DNA of 64,000 bases from a virus. Where the stretch lies: the IMG/VR virus record IMGVR_UViG_3300045988_183727. One strand, given 5' to 3'. The position numbers and the translations under genes are program-made. Positions 27,923-37,246 of this stretch are shown here, piece after piece. Each line of letters opens with the position of its first letter. The first letter of the stretch is position 1. The notes below the pieces were generated by a model. It ran no database searches. It saw nothing but the letters and a program-made list of their open reading frames with translations, and was not told the origin of the DNA.

Positions 27923-29788
27923 TTATGCCACCTTGCTGATGACTTGTGCTGCGTTGGAACGAATTTCGTTCTGTTCAACGGGGTCGTTCGTGCATTTCGA
28001 GATGAGGCACGTGTCAATATACTTTTCAAGATTCGCCAGATAGCGGTCATCACACTGCACGCAGCACACGAGGGATTCGAGCTCACAGATGGTGCAAGAA
28101 CCCTCGGTGATTTCCTTGTCCGCACAGTAGCTGCGAATCTGCTCGTACACATCGTAGAGCGCGTACAGGGTTCTGTCATCGCGACTCCAGCCGGTGTTGT
28201 ATTTGATGCGCTCCAGCATGGCTTTCTTCTCGATTTCCGTACTGTCGAAAATCATGCGGCAGCGACGGAGAACCGACTGGTCAATGGGACGGCAGGAAGC
28301 ATATCCGACGTTATCTGTGAATACCACAACGGCGTCCTTCTGCCGATAGGTAAATCCACCATCTACCAGAGGAATCATAGCTCCCGGCAAATCGTACTGG
28401 TTCAGCGCGACCATAACACCGGAATCCTTGATTCGGCTGACCTCCTGAATCTCGCAGATGTATCCGCGAGAAACAGCCTTCACAAAAGCGGATTCAACCA
28501 CTTTCACGGGGGAAGTGCAGCCGGCACGTGCAACCAACAGCTCGGAATACTTTGCAAAGCACTCCTCGGAGGTAATGCCCGTGCCATCTTCTCCTGTCAT
28601 GTTGTTCCACGCGGATTCGGGGTCGAAGGAAATTTCCTCAAAGGAGGGGAGTTCTCCTCGTGCCGCATCCACAGGATTGCAGGGAACGAACTCGGAAATC
28701 AAGTCCTTTGCCAACATATCAGTATGACAGGTCAGCTCCAAACGGGGGGTGTGCAGGATGCACGCCAACACCTTCGTACCGGTAGACTTGCCGTAACCGG
28801 TAATGCCGCGCCACAGGAAGTTGCGGAACGGAACGCGCATATTAGACGTTGCGACGATTTTATCTGCGATTTCGATTACCTCCGGCTGGACCTTGAAGTC
28901 GTCGTCAAAGGTGGGAATCAGCAGTTCTTCGTCTTGCGTCCACGTATGTGTTTTTGTCCATGCAGCATATCTGAGTTTGGCATCCTTCACGGTCATGCTC
29001 TTTTCAGACGAGCCGGTGCTTGAGGCCATGGTTCCACCGATAATGGTCGGGGAGCCAACGATGACGGTGCCATTAAAGGCTCCACTGTTTACCTTCTGCC
29101 GGGTCAGGGTATCCAGATTGCCGTTCTGGATGTTGAGAGGGATTTTTCCGTCTTCACAACCGTAGTAGAGAATGTCGCTGAATGTGTAGAGGAAGTCTCT
29201 TGCATCAGGAATCTCATCCATATGGTTGCCCCAGTCGGCGGGGTACTTGGCACTCAGGTCAAGGATGTCCGTCTGTACCTGCTTGAGCTCCACATTGTTT
29301 GCGACAACAGCCAGTTCAGGTGCGCCGTAATACGTTGCGAGGGTGAACGGGGTCATCGCAAGGAGAGCACCGCTCAGGTCGAGAGTGTCCGACTCCGAGC
29401 CAATAGACGGGGTTCCCGCCCACTGTCCGGAAGGTGCCGCTGACGCAGCCGCCAGCTTACCTACTGCCGGCGCATTCGTTTGAATGACCGTCTTGTAGGT
29501 GAAAAGATACGTCCTCGATTCCGTGGCGTCTCGATATTCCGCGCTCCACAGGTTATCAGAAACCTGCAAAAGAGCGTAGTCATCGACAAAATTGGGAATT
29601 CCCAGATACGCCAAAAGAGCTCTGGTCGCATAGTTGTGAAGGGTAGAATACCCCTTTGCAGAGGGGCGCTTGGGAGCACTCCATTTGGACACCGTACTTG
29701 TGTTTCTATTGGGAAGCGAGTTCAGCCCGTACGGAAGGGTGCTGATATCGAACCCTTTCTTCCCTCGGAAGAGTACACAGTTTGCCAT
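27923..29788 (-). CDS. AAA+ ATPase (MoxR/CbbQ-like AAA_5 family), partner of the vWA protein
   Basis: Walker A motif GITGYGKSTG. First gene of its operon, downstream of cassette A. Confidence 0.7.
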   Translation of the reverse strand: MANCVLFRGKKGFDISTLPYGLNSLPNRNTSTVSKWSAPKRPSAKGYSTLHNYATRALLAYLGIPNFVDDYALLQVSDNLWSAEYRDATESRTYLFTYKTVIQTNAPAVGKLAAASAAPSGQWAGTPSIGSESDTLDLSGALLAMTPFTLATYYGAPELAVVANNVELKQVQTDILDLSAKYPADWGNHMDEIPDARDFLYTFSDILYYGCEDGKIPLNIQNGNLDTLTRQKVNSGAFNGTVIVGSPTIIGGTMASSTGSSEKSMTVKDAKLRYAAWTKTHTWTQDEELLIPTFDDDFKVQPEVIEIADKIVATSNMRVPFRNFLWRGITGYGKSTGTKVLACILHTPRLELTCHTDMLAKDLISEFVPCNPVDAARGELPSFEEISFDPESAWNNMTGEDGTGITSEECFAKYSELLVARAGCTSPVKVVESAFVKAVSRGYICEIQEVSRIKDSGVMVALNQYDLPGAMIPLVDGGFTYRQKDAVVVFTDNVGYASCRPIDQSVLRRCRMIFDSTEIEKKAMLERIKYNTGWSRDDRTLYALYDVYEQIRSYCADKEITEGSCTICELESLVCCVQCDDRYLANLEKYIDTCLISKCTNDPVEQNEIRSNAAQVISKVA

Positions 29789-29844
29789 GATGTTTTCTCC
29801 TTTCTCCCAGCCTGTGATAAGGACTTACGGGAAACCAAAATAAA

Positions 29845-30036
29845 ATGTATATATAGAAAAAGACAATCACTGCCCGAAAAGGGAAGTGATTGTCTGAATT
29901 TATGATGTGACTTGAAAAACGGAGATAAAACTCCTTATAAAAATATCTTCGTAATTATACTATTATACTACCACGTTTCGCTATTTTGTCAACAGCAGCA
30001 ACGTAAAAAAAGAAGCTCCCGAAGGAGCTTCTTTTG
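29845..30036 (-). promoter_or_regulatory. cassette A: upstream-operon terminator + promoter + GGAGAYAARNCTCC palindrome + leader hairpin with U-run
   Basis: Terminator 30005-30035; -35 tgtcaa 29987-29992; palindrome 29921-29934; leader hairpin gacaatcact...agtgattgtc 29857-29898. Confidence 0.55.
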
Positions 30037-30061
30037 AAATTTAGTTTTTTTTATCTTGCTT

Positions 30062-30693
30062 TTAGCATTCCCTTTTAACCATGCGCTCCTGATACTCCTT
30101 CAGAACCCTTTGGCCGCACCCATCAGCGTCGTTGCGATAATCCAAGGAAAACGCTGCGAAGGCGTCTCGCAGTACGGCGGCGCTTCTGGAAATGGTCTGG
30201 AGCAGTTCATCTTCCTGATGGCTCATTGCGGAGAGCGTGTTGTCGAAATCATCATGGTACTGAGCCGTCCAAGCGGTCGTAAATGTACCATCATCATCCC
30301 AAATCCACAAAGGGTCATTATGCTGCCCTTTTGCCTTGTAGAGTATATCCGTGCAATGTGACACATGGACGATATACTCGCACAGCGCAAAGTACAACTC
30401 GTGGTACGCTTTGATGGATTTCTGCTTACTCTCACAGTCGCTGTGGAACAGAATACCGGAAATCAGGAGATGGGCGTAGTTCTGTTCAACGAAGCCGTAT
30501 AACTCAGCCAGTTCGCGCTTCCGCAGAACCAGTTCCGCCGCGTCTTGCGGCAGGTCAGACAGCTTCGGACGAACCTGTAAGGACGCACCCATCCCGACGA
30601 TTGCGGCAATGGCTTCAGCCGCTTTCTCATAGCGGTTGATATACAGAATGGTCTCTCTTATCTTCGGTATAACAAAATGGCGAATGTCGGAAG
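30062..30693 (-). CDS. hypothetical protein
   Basis: Internal ATG (MLDTSDIRHF) 8 nt after aaggaggg. The longer ORF-track frame would overlap the upstream gene. Confidence 0.5.
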
Positions 30694-30728
30694 TATCCAG
30701 CATTTTCGTTTGTCCCTCCTTTCGTGGC

Positions 30729-31775
30729 TTAAATGGCGCAAGTAAATGTGTCATTGCAGCCAGACTTTTCCGTCTCTTTTTCCCATGCCTCAGTAATCTT
30801 GTTGCTGGGAGCGCCGGATGCCTTCTTCCATACAATAGCATCACCGCTGACTTCCAGCGCATCATCGCAAAAGACAAGCGAATTAAAGGTATGCTCGTCT
30901 TCATAGAGTGCCAAATGCATCGGGTTCAGCATGACTGCGCCTTCCGTCAGCAGCATACGGGCCCAGAGCTGGTATTCAAGCGACCAGCGGGACGTTTCTG
31001 TCGGCAGGTCGCCATACAGCTCGTCCAGCTTTCGCAGGATGGAGGCGCAAATCACGCAGCCTGCGGGAGTTCCGTGATGCGTACCGAGATACGGCAGCTT
31101 GGCGAAGAATAGGGGACTCTCAGCATACTCGTCTTCCGCATAGGCGTAAAACGTTAGCTCCATGTCCGCTGCTGCGAAGAACCGGTCGGGAAGGATATCC
31201 TTCACTTTACAGTTGCTCCAGACAACATCATCCGAAAGGAATCTGAAGCCAAGAGGCTCCGTCCTATCAGGTGTGAGGTACTTCCGTGCCATATGTCGGA
31301 CGAGGGCAACGAAACCCAGCTCATGCCGCAGCGTCGGCACATCGTCAAAGATTCTGTGAATGTTTGCCCACAGCTTCTCTTCGCTTCGTTCCACGCACTC
31401 GAAAAAGAGTTTGCAGGACGACCCGTGTGTGAAAGCGACACTCAGGGTCACGAGCCAAGGTGCGAAATCATCAGGCTTCAGAACATACTCTTTCTGCCCA
31501 GTACAGGCGACCGGCACAAACCAACCACCCGCACGAGCTTCGCTATACGAAGCGTCCTCCGCAGCATAGGCGGTTGTTCTGAAGGCATCGTCGGTGTCCT
31601 TATCAGGAATATCAATGGCATCGCCCTTGCAGATATACTTGAAGGGGACATACATTTCCACCTCTCTAATGCCGTCGCCATCTGCATCATCCGTATCACG
31701 GCAGTAACGCACGATATGGACCAATACGTTCTCGTCGCAATGCAGCTTTCGCTTGTTCGAAATCAGATTATCCAT
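30729..31775 (-). CDS. hypothetical protein, paralog of 31793..32830
   Basis: Start MDNLISNK after aaaggagaaaac. Shared motifs ELTF.AY...SPLFFAKLP.LG...YGDLP...LEYQLWARMLL.EGAVMLNP. Confidence 0.55.
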   Translation of the reverse strand: MDNLISNKRKLHCDENVLVHIVRYCRDTDDADGDGIREVEMYVPFKYICKGDAIDIPDKDTDDAFRTTAYAAEDASYSEARAGGWFVPVACTGQKEYVLKPDDFAPWLVTLSVAFTHGSSCKLFFECVERSEEKLWANIHRIFDDVPTLRHELGFVALVRHMARKYLTPDRTEPLGFRFLSDDVVWSNCKVKDILPDRFFAAADMELTFYAYAEDEYAESPLFFAKLPYLGTHHGTPAGCVICASILRKLDELYGDLPTETSRWSLEYQLWARMLLTEGAVMLNPMHLALYEDEHTFNSLVFCDDALEVSGDAIVWKKASGAPSNKITEAWEKETEKSGCNDTFTCAI

Positions 31776-31792
31776 GTTTTCTCCTTTCAACG

Positions 31793-32830
31793 TCAGCCAG
31801 TTACGATGCAGGTAAAAGCCTCATCGCCGGACTCACTCATGTCATTCTCCCACGCCTCGGCGATTACGCTGATAGGTGTTTTGACAGCCTTTGCCCACGC
31901 AATACCGTCACCGCTGTCTTTCAGCATTTTATTACCGAAAGCCAGCGTTTTGAATTCGTAGGCGCAGTCGGGGAGGTCGAGGTGCTTCGGATTCAGCATG
32001 ACCGCACCTTCTGCCAGCAGCATACGAGCCCAAAGCTGATACTCCAGAGCCCATTTTGTTGTGTCTTCAGGCAGGTCGCCGTACATCTCATCCAGCTTCT
32101 GCAGCAGTTCTGCGATTGCAGCACGTCCCTCAGGCTTGTTGTACCGTTCGCCCAAATCGGGCAGTTTGGCAAAGAACAGGGGGGACGCTGAATACTCGCC
32201 GTCGGAATAGGCGAAGAACGTCAGCTCCATGGCAGGGGAATTGAAGAACTTCTCAGAGAGAATGTCCTTCACACCGCACTGGGTGAAGTTTACGCTGTCC
32301 GAAATGAGGCGGAAGCCGAACTGCTCCGTCCACTCGCGGGTAAGGTCTCTCTTCGCCATGGCCGCAACCGTGTCAGAATGCCGCCCGCAGGTGTTTTCCG
32401 GAGCCACACGCGGCTCGAATCTCGCCCGCATATTGTTGACGATAGCTTCAGTATCGTTGAGGACACTCTCAAAAAGCAGCCGGCAGCCGCGCCAATCTCC
32501 TTCGTCGGTGACGGAAAGGCTGATGATATAGGGCGCAAAATCTGCAGGATGGAGAATCAATACCGTCTTGCCAGCATCCTCAGTGACCTTAACAGACCAG
32601 CCGCACTCATTCCCGTATCGCTCGTCCTTCTCGAAAGAAGCATTTGTGAGAACGGAAAAGTGCAGTTCGTGACCGTCGCTGAAGACGCTCACAGAATCGC
32701 TCTTGCGGATGTCCTTGAAAGGAACGAATGTGGTCTCGAATCTGTCGTGCTTAGGGTTGTTGCGGGAGACCTTAACCAGCGTGTTCTCGTCGCAGAAAGC
32801 TGCGGCGGCTTTGATAGATACATTGTTCAT
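31793..32830 (-). CDS. hypothetical protein, tandem paralog
   Basis: Start MNNVSIK after aaaggagaaaaat. Confidence 0.55.
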   Translation of the reverse strand: MNNVSIKAAAAFCDENTLVKVSRNNPKHDRFETTFVPFKDIRKSDSVSVFSDGHELHFSVLTNASFEKDERYGNECGWSVKVTEDAGKTVLILHPADFAPYIISLSVTDEGDWRGCRLLFESVLNDTEAIVNNMRARFEPRVAPENTCGRHSDTVAAMAKRDLTREWTEQFGFRLISDSVNFTQCGVKDILSEKFFNSPAMELTFFAYSDGEYSASPLFFAKLPDLGERYNKPEGRAAIAELLQKLDEMYGDLPEDTTKWALEYQLWARMLLAEGAVMLNPKHLDLPDCAYEFKTLAFGNKMLKDSGDGIAWAKAVKTPISVIAEAWENDMSESGDEAFTCIVTG

Positions 32831-32895
32831 ATTTTTCTCCTTTCTTTTTTGGGAAAGCAGGGGAGAGGCAGAGTGCCTCTCCCGCTGGCTTTGAT

Positions 32896-33063
32896 TTAAC
32901 CGGTTATGACCGCCACAATAACCAAAACAATGGTGAGCGCAATAGTACCAAAGGCAGCCGGAAGCATTTCTGGCTGGTCTGATTTTTTTGCGGCTATGAC
33001 TGAGACGACCATTGCGGCGATGATGAGAACGACATAGGCTATAAACAAGGGGTTCGTCAGCAT
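32896..33063 (-). CDS. small membrane protein (55 aa)
   Basis: ATG after ggagaagg; 2 TM helices. Confidence 0.35.
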   Translation of the reverse strand: MLTNPLFIAYVVLIIAAMVVSVIAAKKSDQPEMLPAAFGTIALTIVLVIVAVITG

Positions 33064-33083
33064 TTTGAACACGTCCTTCTCCG

Positions 33084-33245
33084 TTAATACCACCGAACAA
33101 GTGCGAACAGTTCCACCATAATAACGCCCACAGAAACGCTGCAGACGATTGGCGGCAAGAGGTCCTGTGTGTCCAGTCTCCTTATGCCAAGGAATATGCC
33201 GCACATCACGAGAATGGTCAGAGCGAAGTAAAGAATAATCGACAT
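33084..33245 (-). CDS. small membrane protein (53 aa)
   Basis: ATG after ggtggag; hydrophobic. Confidence 0.35.
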   Translation of the reverse strand: MSIILYFALTILVMCGIFLGIRRLDTQDLLPPIVCSVSVGVIMVELFALVRWY

Positions 33246-33250
33246 TAGAG

Positions 33251-33893
33251 TTACTCCACCTCGCTCTTTTCCAGCTCGGAAAGGTTGTCGCATTCAAATC
33301 CGCAGGTCATGCAGTGATATGGACCGTAGGGGTCAGACGACTCGTAGATGTTAGATTCGATTTCGTCGTTGATATTTCCGAGGAAATCTCCCGTTTCGAT
33401 GTCAACCAACACATCAATGTGGAGGACCTGATGACCAGAGAAAGATACGCCACCACAGTTGGGGCAGCAGCGGGTATACACCTTCTGCTCCCGCTCTGAT
33501 GCACCAGATTCGATGTCTTCAAACGCTTCGGCGAGTGTGAGAAGCATCTCATTGATTTCCTTGGCGTCCTCGACAAGCACTGACAGTTTCGGAACGCCTG
33601 ACGTGCCCTTTACGGAAGCCTCCGCAAACAGAGCGACGTGCTCGTCAACGTCGAAGTCCTCGTAGACGCGGCGCACAGCAGCGGCTACTCCATCGCCGAA
33701 ATCATCGTCGGCGTACAGGTCGAAGGAGTAGTCCTCGCCGGCAGGCGACCCCTGTCTGAACGTGAACACACCACAGACCTTGTCCTCGTCGATGACCCAG
33801 CCCAACGCTTCTGCCTTTTCGCGGTAGTTGGCCGGAAGCAGGTCAGGAACACTGGTCTGGACCTCCGCAGCGTTTTTTTGGTTATTCTCCATG
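33251..33893 (-). CDS. hypothetical protein with a C-terminal zinc ribbon
   Basis: Start MENNQKN after aaaggagaaaatc; CCPNCGG...C..C motifs. Confidence 0.5.
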
Positions 33894-33914
33894 ATTTTCT
33901 CCTTTCTTTTTTCG

Positions 33915-34694
33915 TTAGGCTTCGGCGCCGAACACCTTTTTGCAGATAGAGTGAATAGCCACGAACTGTTCCTGAAGCTGTGCCGGCACAAGGGAGATGG
34001 AGAGACCGGCATCACGCCATACACTATGGCCTGCGAATGCTTTGTCCCACAGTTCTCCACGTTCGTGCTGGGCCTCCAAGAGCCTCTCATAGCGTTCTTC
34101 TTCCGTCTTTGCAGCGCCAATGTACTGCCGTGTGTACTCGTTGAAGTCTGAAATATTCATCTCCGTCTGGTCGGTGTACTCAAAGCGGGGATATTGGGAG
34201 TCGATGAAAGGGGCCGCTTCTCTGGTGAGATTGAACCCTTTCATGTAGGTACTGCCATTATCGCCCCTGAGGAACAGCAGTGACGCCTGCCAATCACGGG
34301 AGACGATTTCGTAGATTTCAGTGATAACGTCGAGCAGATTTCTCTTCTGCTCTACTGTCAATGAAATCTTCCGTTTCTGCGCCTCCTTCTGCAGAATCTG
34401 TTCCGCAGAGCTTTTGGCGCTATCCGTCATCGTAAAAGACGGCGTCCAGTCGTACATCAGAACACACTTATGGACGACGTTTGCGGCGATTGAAGCAAAA
34501 ACAGGTCTGAGCTCCTCAATATCCTCTACAGACTTCTTGGCGAAGATGATGGCGAGCTGGCAGAAATCGAGCGAGTTGTAGACAGCGTCCACAAAGGACT
34601 TCTGCTGCACTTCCCGAATCTCACTGCCGAGCTTGACCAACTCCCCGATGTCGGTAGAGTTGATGCGCCAAGCATCAAAGATTTTTGTGCTCAT
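33915..34694 (-). CDS. hypothetical protein
   Basis: Start MSTKIF overlaps the upstream stop (ATGA). Confidence 0.5.
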   Translation of the reverse strand: MSTKIFDAWRINSTDIGELVKLGSEIREVQQKSFVDAVYNSLDFCQLAIIFAKKSVEDIEELRPVFASIAANVVHKCVLMYDWTPSFTMTDSAKSSAEQILQKEAQKRKISLTVEQKRNLLDVITEIYEIVSRDWQASLLFLRGDNGSTYMKGFNLTREAAPFIDSQYPRFEYTDQTEMNISDFNEYTRQYIGAAKTEEERYERLLEAQHERGELWDKAFAGHSVWRDAGLSISLVPAQLQEQFVAIHSICKKVFGAEA

Positions 34695-35059
34695 TTCAGG
34701 CACCCGCCTTCCTTGAGAATGTCCATGACCTTCTCCAACACGGTCAACGGGGCGTTGAAGCCGAAGTCGCCAACGGCTCTGCGAAGAGCCATGAGCAATT
34801 CCGCCTGCCGGTGATAGTCCTTGGCAGCCTGTTCCGTCTGATACAGCCGGTAATCTGTACTCCAGTACATGGAGTTTTGCTGGAAGTAGGGATTTCTGTT
34901 CGCATCTTCGGAAGGAGCCTTGTAGTATCGACAGTCTCTATTGTCTGTCAGCCACTTGGTTCCAACCTTGACCGTGACCTCATCCACCACCTTTCCGTGC
35001 CGCCGTTCGGCATTACTACCGATAATAGGTACGCGGTAGAGTCTCATCTCAGTGGCCAT
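34691..35059 (-). CDS. hypothetical protein, paralog of 35049..35501
   Basis: ORF track; about 80 percent identical N-terminal region. Confidence 0.5.
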   Translation of the reverse strand: MATEMRLYRVPIIGSNAERRHGKVVDEVTVKVGTKWLTDNRDCRYYKAPSEDANRNPYFQQNSMYWSTDYRLYQTEQAAKDYHRQAELLMALRRAVGDFGFNAPLTVLEKVMDILKEGGCLK

Positions 35060-35501
35060 TGTTCTTACTCCTTTCTTCGTCTGTCAGCCCACCATCCACA
35101 GCCATGTCCATCAGCGTATTGAAGACGCTGGTGAGACGCTGTGCGAACGGGGTGTATTTCAGCGTATCCATGACCTTCTCCAGCACAGGCAGGGGAGCGT
35201 TGAAGCCGAAATTGCTCACCGCCCTGCAAAGCGCCACACGCAGTTCCGCTTGCCGAAGGTAATCCTTGGCGGTCTGCTCTGTCTGATACAGTCGGTAGTC
35301 CATGCAGTACATGGTGTTGAGCTGGAAGTAAAGGTTTCGGTTTGCGTCCTCAAGCGGCACCTTGTAGTAGCGACGACCGTTATCGTCCGTCAGCCACTTG
35401 GTTCCGACCTTGACTGTGACCTCATCCACCACTTTTCCACGCTGCCTCTCGGCATTGCTGCCGACAACCGTTACGCGGTAAAGTCTCATCTCAACAGCCA
35501 T
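35049..35501 (-). CDS. hypothetical protein, tandem paralog
   Basis: ORF track; its C-terminal 40 aa are duplicated in 35491..35700. Confidence 0.5.
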   Translation of the reverse strand: MAVEMRLYRVTVVGSNAERQRGKVVDEVTVKVGTKWLTDDNGRRYYKVPLEDANRNLYFQLNTMYCMDYRLYQTEQTAKDYLRQAELRVALCRAVSNFGFNAPLPVLEKVMDTLKYTPFAQRLTSVFNTLMDMAVDGGLTDEERSKNNGH

Positions 35502-35700
35502 TGTTCTTGCTCCTTTCTTCGTCCGTCAGCCCGCCATCCACAGCCATGTCCATCAGTGTATTGATGACGCTGGTTAGACGCTGTGCGAACGGGGTGTAGG
35601 GGTTCGACAACTCACTGCGGCGCTCCATCAGAATCGCCATAGCAAACTTAGCGTCATTGACGCTCTTCAGCTCTTCGATTGTCCAGCGATGCTTACTCAT
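35491..35700 (-). CDS. hypothetical small protein
   Basis: ORF track; carries a copy of the YTPFAQRLTSV.NTLMDMAVDGGLTDEERSKNNG segment. Confidence 0.4.
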   Translation of the reverse strand: MSKHRWTIEELKSVNDAKFAMAILMERRSELSNPYTPFAQRLTSVINTLMDMAVDGGLTDEERSKNNGC

Positions 35701-36005
35701 GCTCTTTCACCCCCTTCCATAACAGGCCGGTCGGCATAAGCCGACTGCAACGCGAACTCCATAGCGGAGATGACCTGTGCGATTGAGGGCGTAGGCTTAC
35801 TCAAATCGCGGGCATATCCGCACCTGTCGTTCAGGTGGGTAGTCAGGGTGTCCCTGACCTTTCCCTGTATTCCCGTTATTTCCAGCAGCCGCCTCAGAGC
35901 GTCGTTGACGTCTTTTGCGGGCAACTTCTTGCGGGGGTGGAACAACAACTCGTTCCGATACTGAGACAATGTGCTGTCAATAAAGTGCAGCGAAGATGTA
36001 TCCAT
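35697..36005 (-). CDS. hypothetical protein
   Basis: ORF track. Confidence 0.45.
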   Translation of the reverse strand: MDTSSLHFIDSTLSQYRNELLFHPRKKLPAKDVNDALRRLLEITGIQGKVRDTLTTHLNDRCGYARDLSKPTPSIAQVISAMEFALQSAYADRPVMEGGERA

Positions 36006-36020
36006 TTTATTCTCCTTTCT

Positions 36021-36197
36021 CTAAATCTGCTTGTAAGGCCCAAGTGTGATAGACAGGTTGTAGATATAATTACCACAACGCACACATTCGTCGTTCTTTC
36101 CCCACAAGCCGCTTGCTTTCATACCGCGCACGCTGCCTGTATAATGGATAGACGGGTGTGTATCGCACTCGTGCTGGGTAAGCTCCTTTTGTTTCAT
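36021..36197 (-). CDS. 58-aa Cys/His small protein, first gene downstream of cassette B
   Basis: ATG after gaaaggagtaaacgc on the minus strand; C.THPS.H...C..C motifs. Not in the ORF track because it is under 60 aa. Confidence 0.35.
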   Translation of the reverse strand: MKQKELTQHECDTHPSIHYTGSVRGMKASGLWGKNDECVRCGNYIYNLSITLGPYKQI

Positions 36198-36227
36198 GCG
36201 TTTACTCCTTTCGTTTTTACTTGTTCT

Positions 36228-36414
36228 GAATATATAAAAAGACAGTCGTTCCCAAATGAGAACAACTGTCTTGAATATGATGATGTGACTGAAAACGGAG
36301 ATAAATCTCCTTATAAAAATATCTTCGTAATTATACTACTATACTACCACAATTCTTTATAATGTCAACGGAAACGGTACAAAAAAAGAAGCCCCCGAAA
36401 GAGCTTCTTTTTAA
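36228..36414 (-). promoter_or_regulatory. cassette B: terminator + promoter + palindrome + leader hairpin with U-run
   Basis: Terminator 36381-36412; -35 tgtcaa 36363-36368; ggagataaatctcc 36297-36310; hairpin 36236-36274. Confidence 0.55.
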
Positions 36415-36421
36415 GTTAAGG

Positions 36422-36925
36422 TTATTCGTTCTTTGCAGTCTTATCGGCGATACCATCGAAGATGTTGCCAACAACACGGATTTCGGTGCCGAGCAGCTTA
36501 CAAAACGGAACAAAATGTCCGTTGTCGTAAGCCTCGTCCATCAGCTCTGCTGCCGTTTTTGTTTTCAAAGACTCACTAACCAGCAGGCCAAAAGAACCAT
36601 TTCGGAACACAACCGTGTTCTCGTTGAAGAGAGGAGTGGGGCGGAATCCTTCAAAGGTCTCCACGATGTCTCCTTCGAACACCTTTGCGCCGTCCTTGTC
36701 GATGATGCCGGTGTACTGCGTTACGGTATCCGCGTAGACACCGCAAACGTCGCGGCTTTCAGCCGTGTCGGACAAGTACGTGTAGATGATGGCGAAGTCC
36801 TTCGGGCTATTATGGGGACGTGCGGCGCCCCCGTAGACCCAAATTCCCGGCAGGGGTGCTCCGGTTGCCATGCGAACTTTCTCGCCATGCCGCCGAACCT
36901 GACCACGAAACAGGATTTCTTTCAT
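36422..36925 (-). CDS. YopX-family phage protein
   Basis: N-terminal MKEILFRGQ matches the characteristic YopX start. Confidence 0.7.
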   Translation of the reverse strand: MKEILFRGQVRRHGEKVRMATGAPLPGIWVYGGAARPHNSPKDFAIIYTYLSDTAESRDVCGVYADTVTQYTGIIDKDGAKVFEGDIVETFEGFRPTPLFNENTVVFRNGSFGLLVSESLKTKTAAELMDEAYDNGHFVPFCKLLGTEIRVVGNIFDGIADKTAKNE

Positions 36926-36946
36926 TGTTTTTTTCTCCTTTCATTT

Positions 36947-37246
36947 TCAATGCAGTCCGTGGAGCTTTTTCCACTGGGCCTTGTCCATCCAAGGTCCGTC
37001 AAAGCTGTCGTCCACACACTCTGTTCTGAGACAGTTAGGGCAGACGAGACAGTCCACAGCCCGCCGGACACGACCGGTCTTGAACCGCACACCATGTTGG
37101 ATGATTTCTTCCTCCTCCACGAAGTAGCTCGGTTCAAGCTCGCAGCCACAGGTGCCGCAGATGCCAAACGGGTTTGCATTGGACTCGTAGGTGCCGTTCT
37201 GTTTTTGGATATTCTCCTGAATCACTGCATGGTAATCCGTCGCCAT
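36947..37246 (-). CDS. zinc-finger small protein
   Basis: CGTCGC...CLVCPNC motifs. Confidence 0.5.
   Translation of the reverse strand: MATDYHAVIQENIQKQNGTYESNANPFGICGTCGCELEPSYFVEEEEIIQHGVRFKTGRVRRAVDCLVCPNCLRTECVDDSFDGPWMDKAQWKKLHGLH

Noticed and set aside
36275-36330. Leader peptide ORF inside the attenuator cassettes
   Set aside because: No ATG, GTG or TTG start lies within reach of the AAGGAG element. Only an AUU-initiated frame exists, and it is not conserved between cassette copies.
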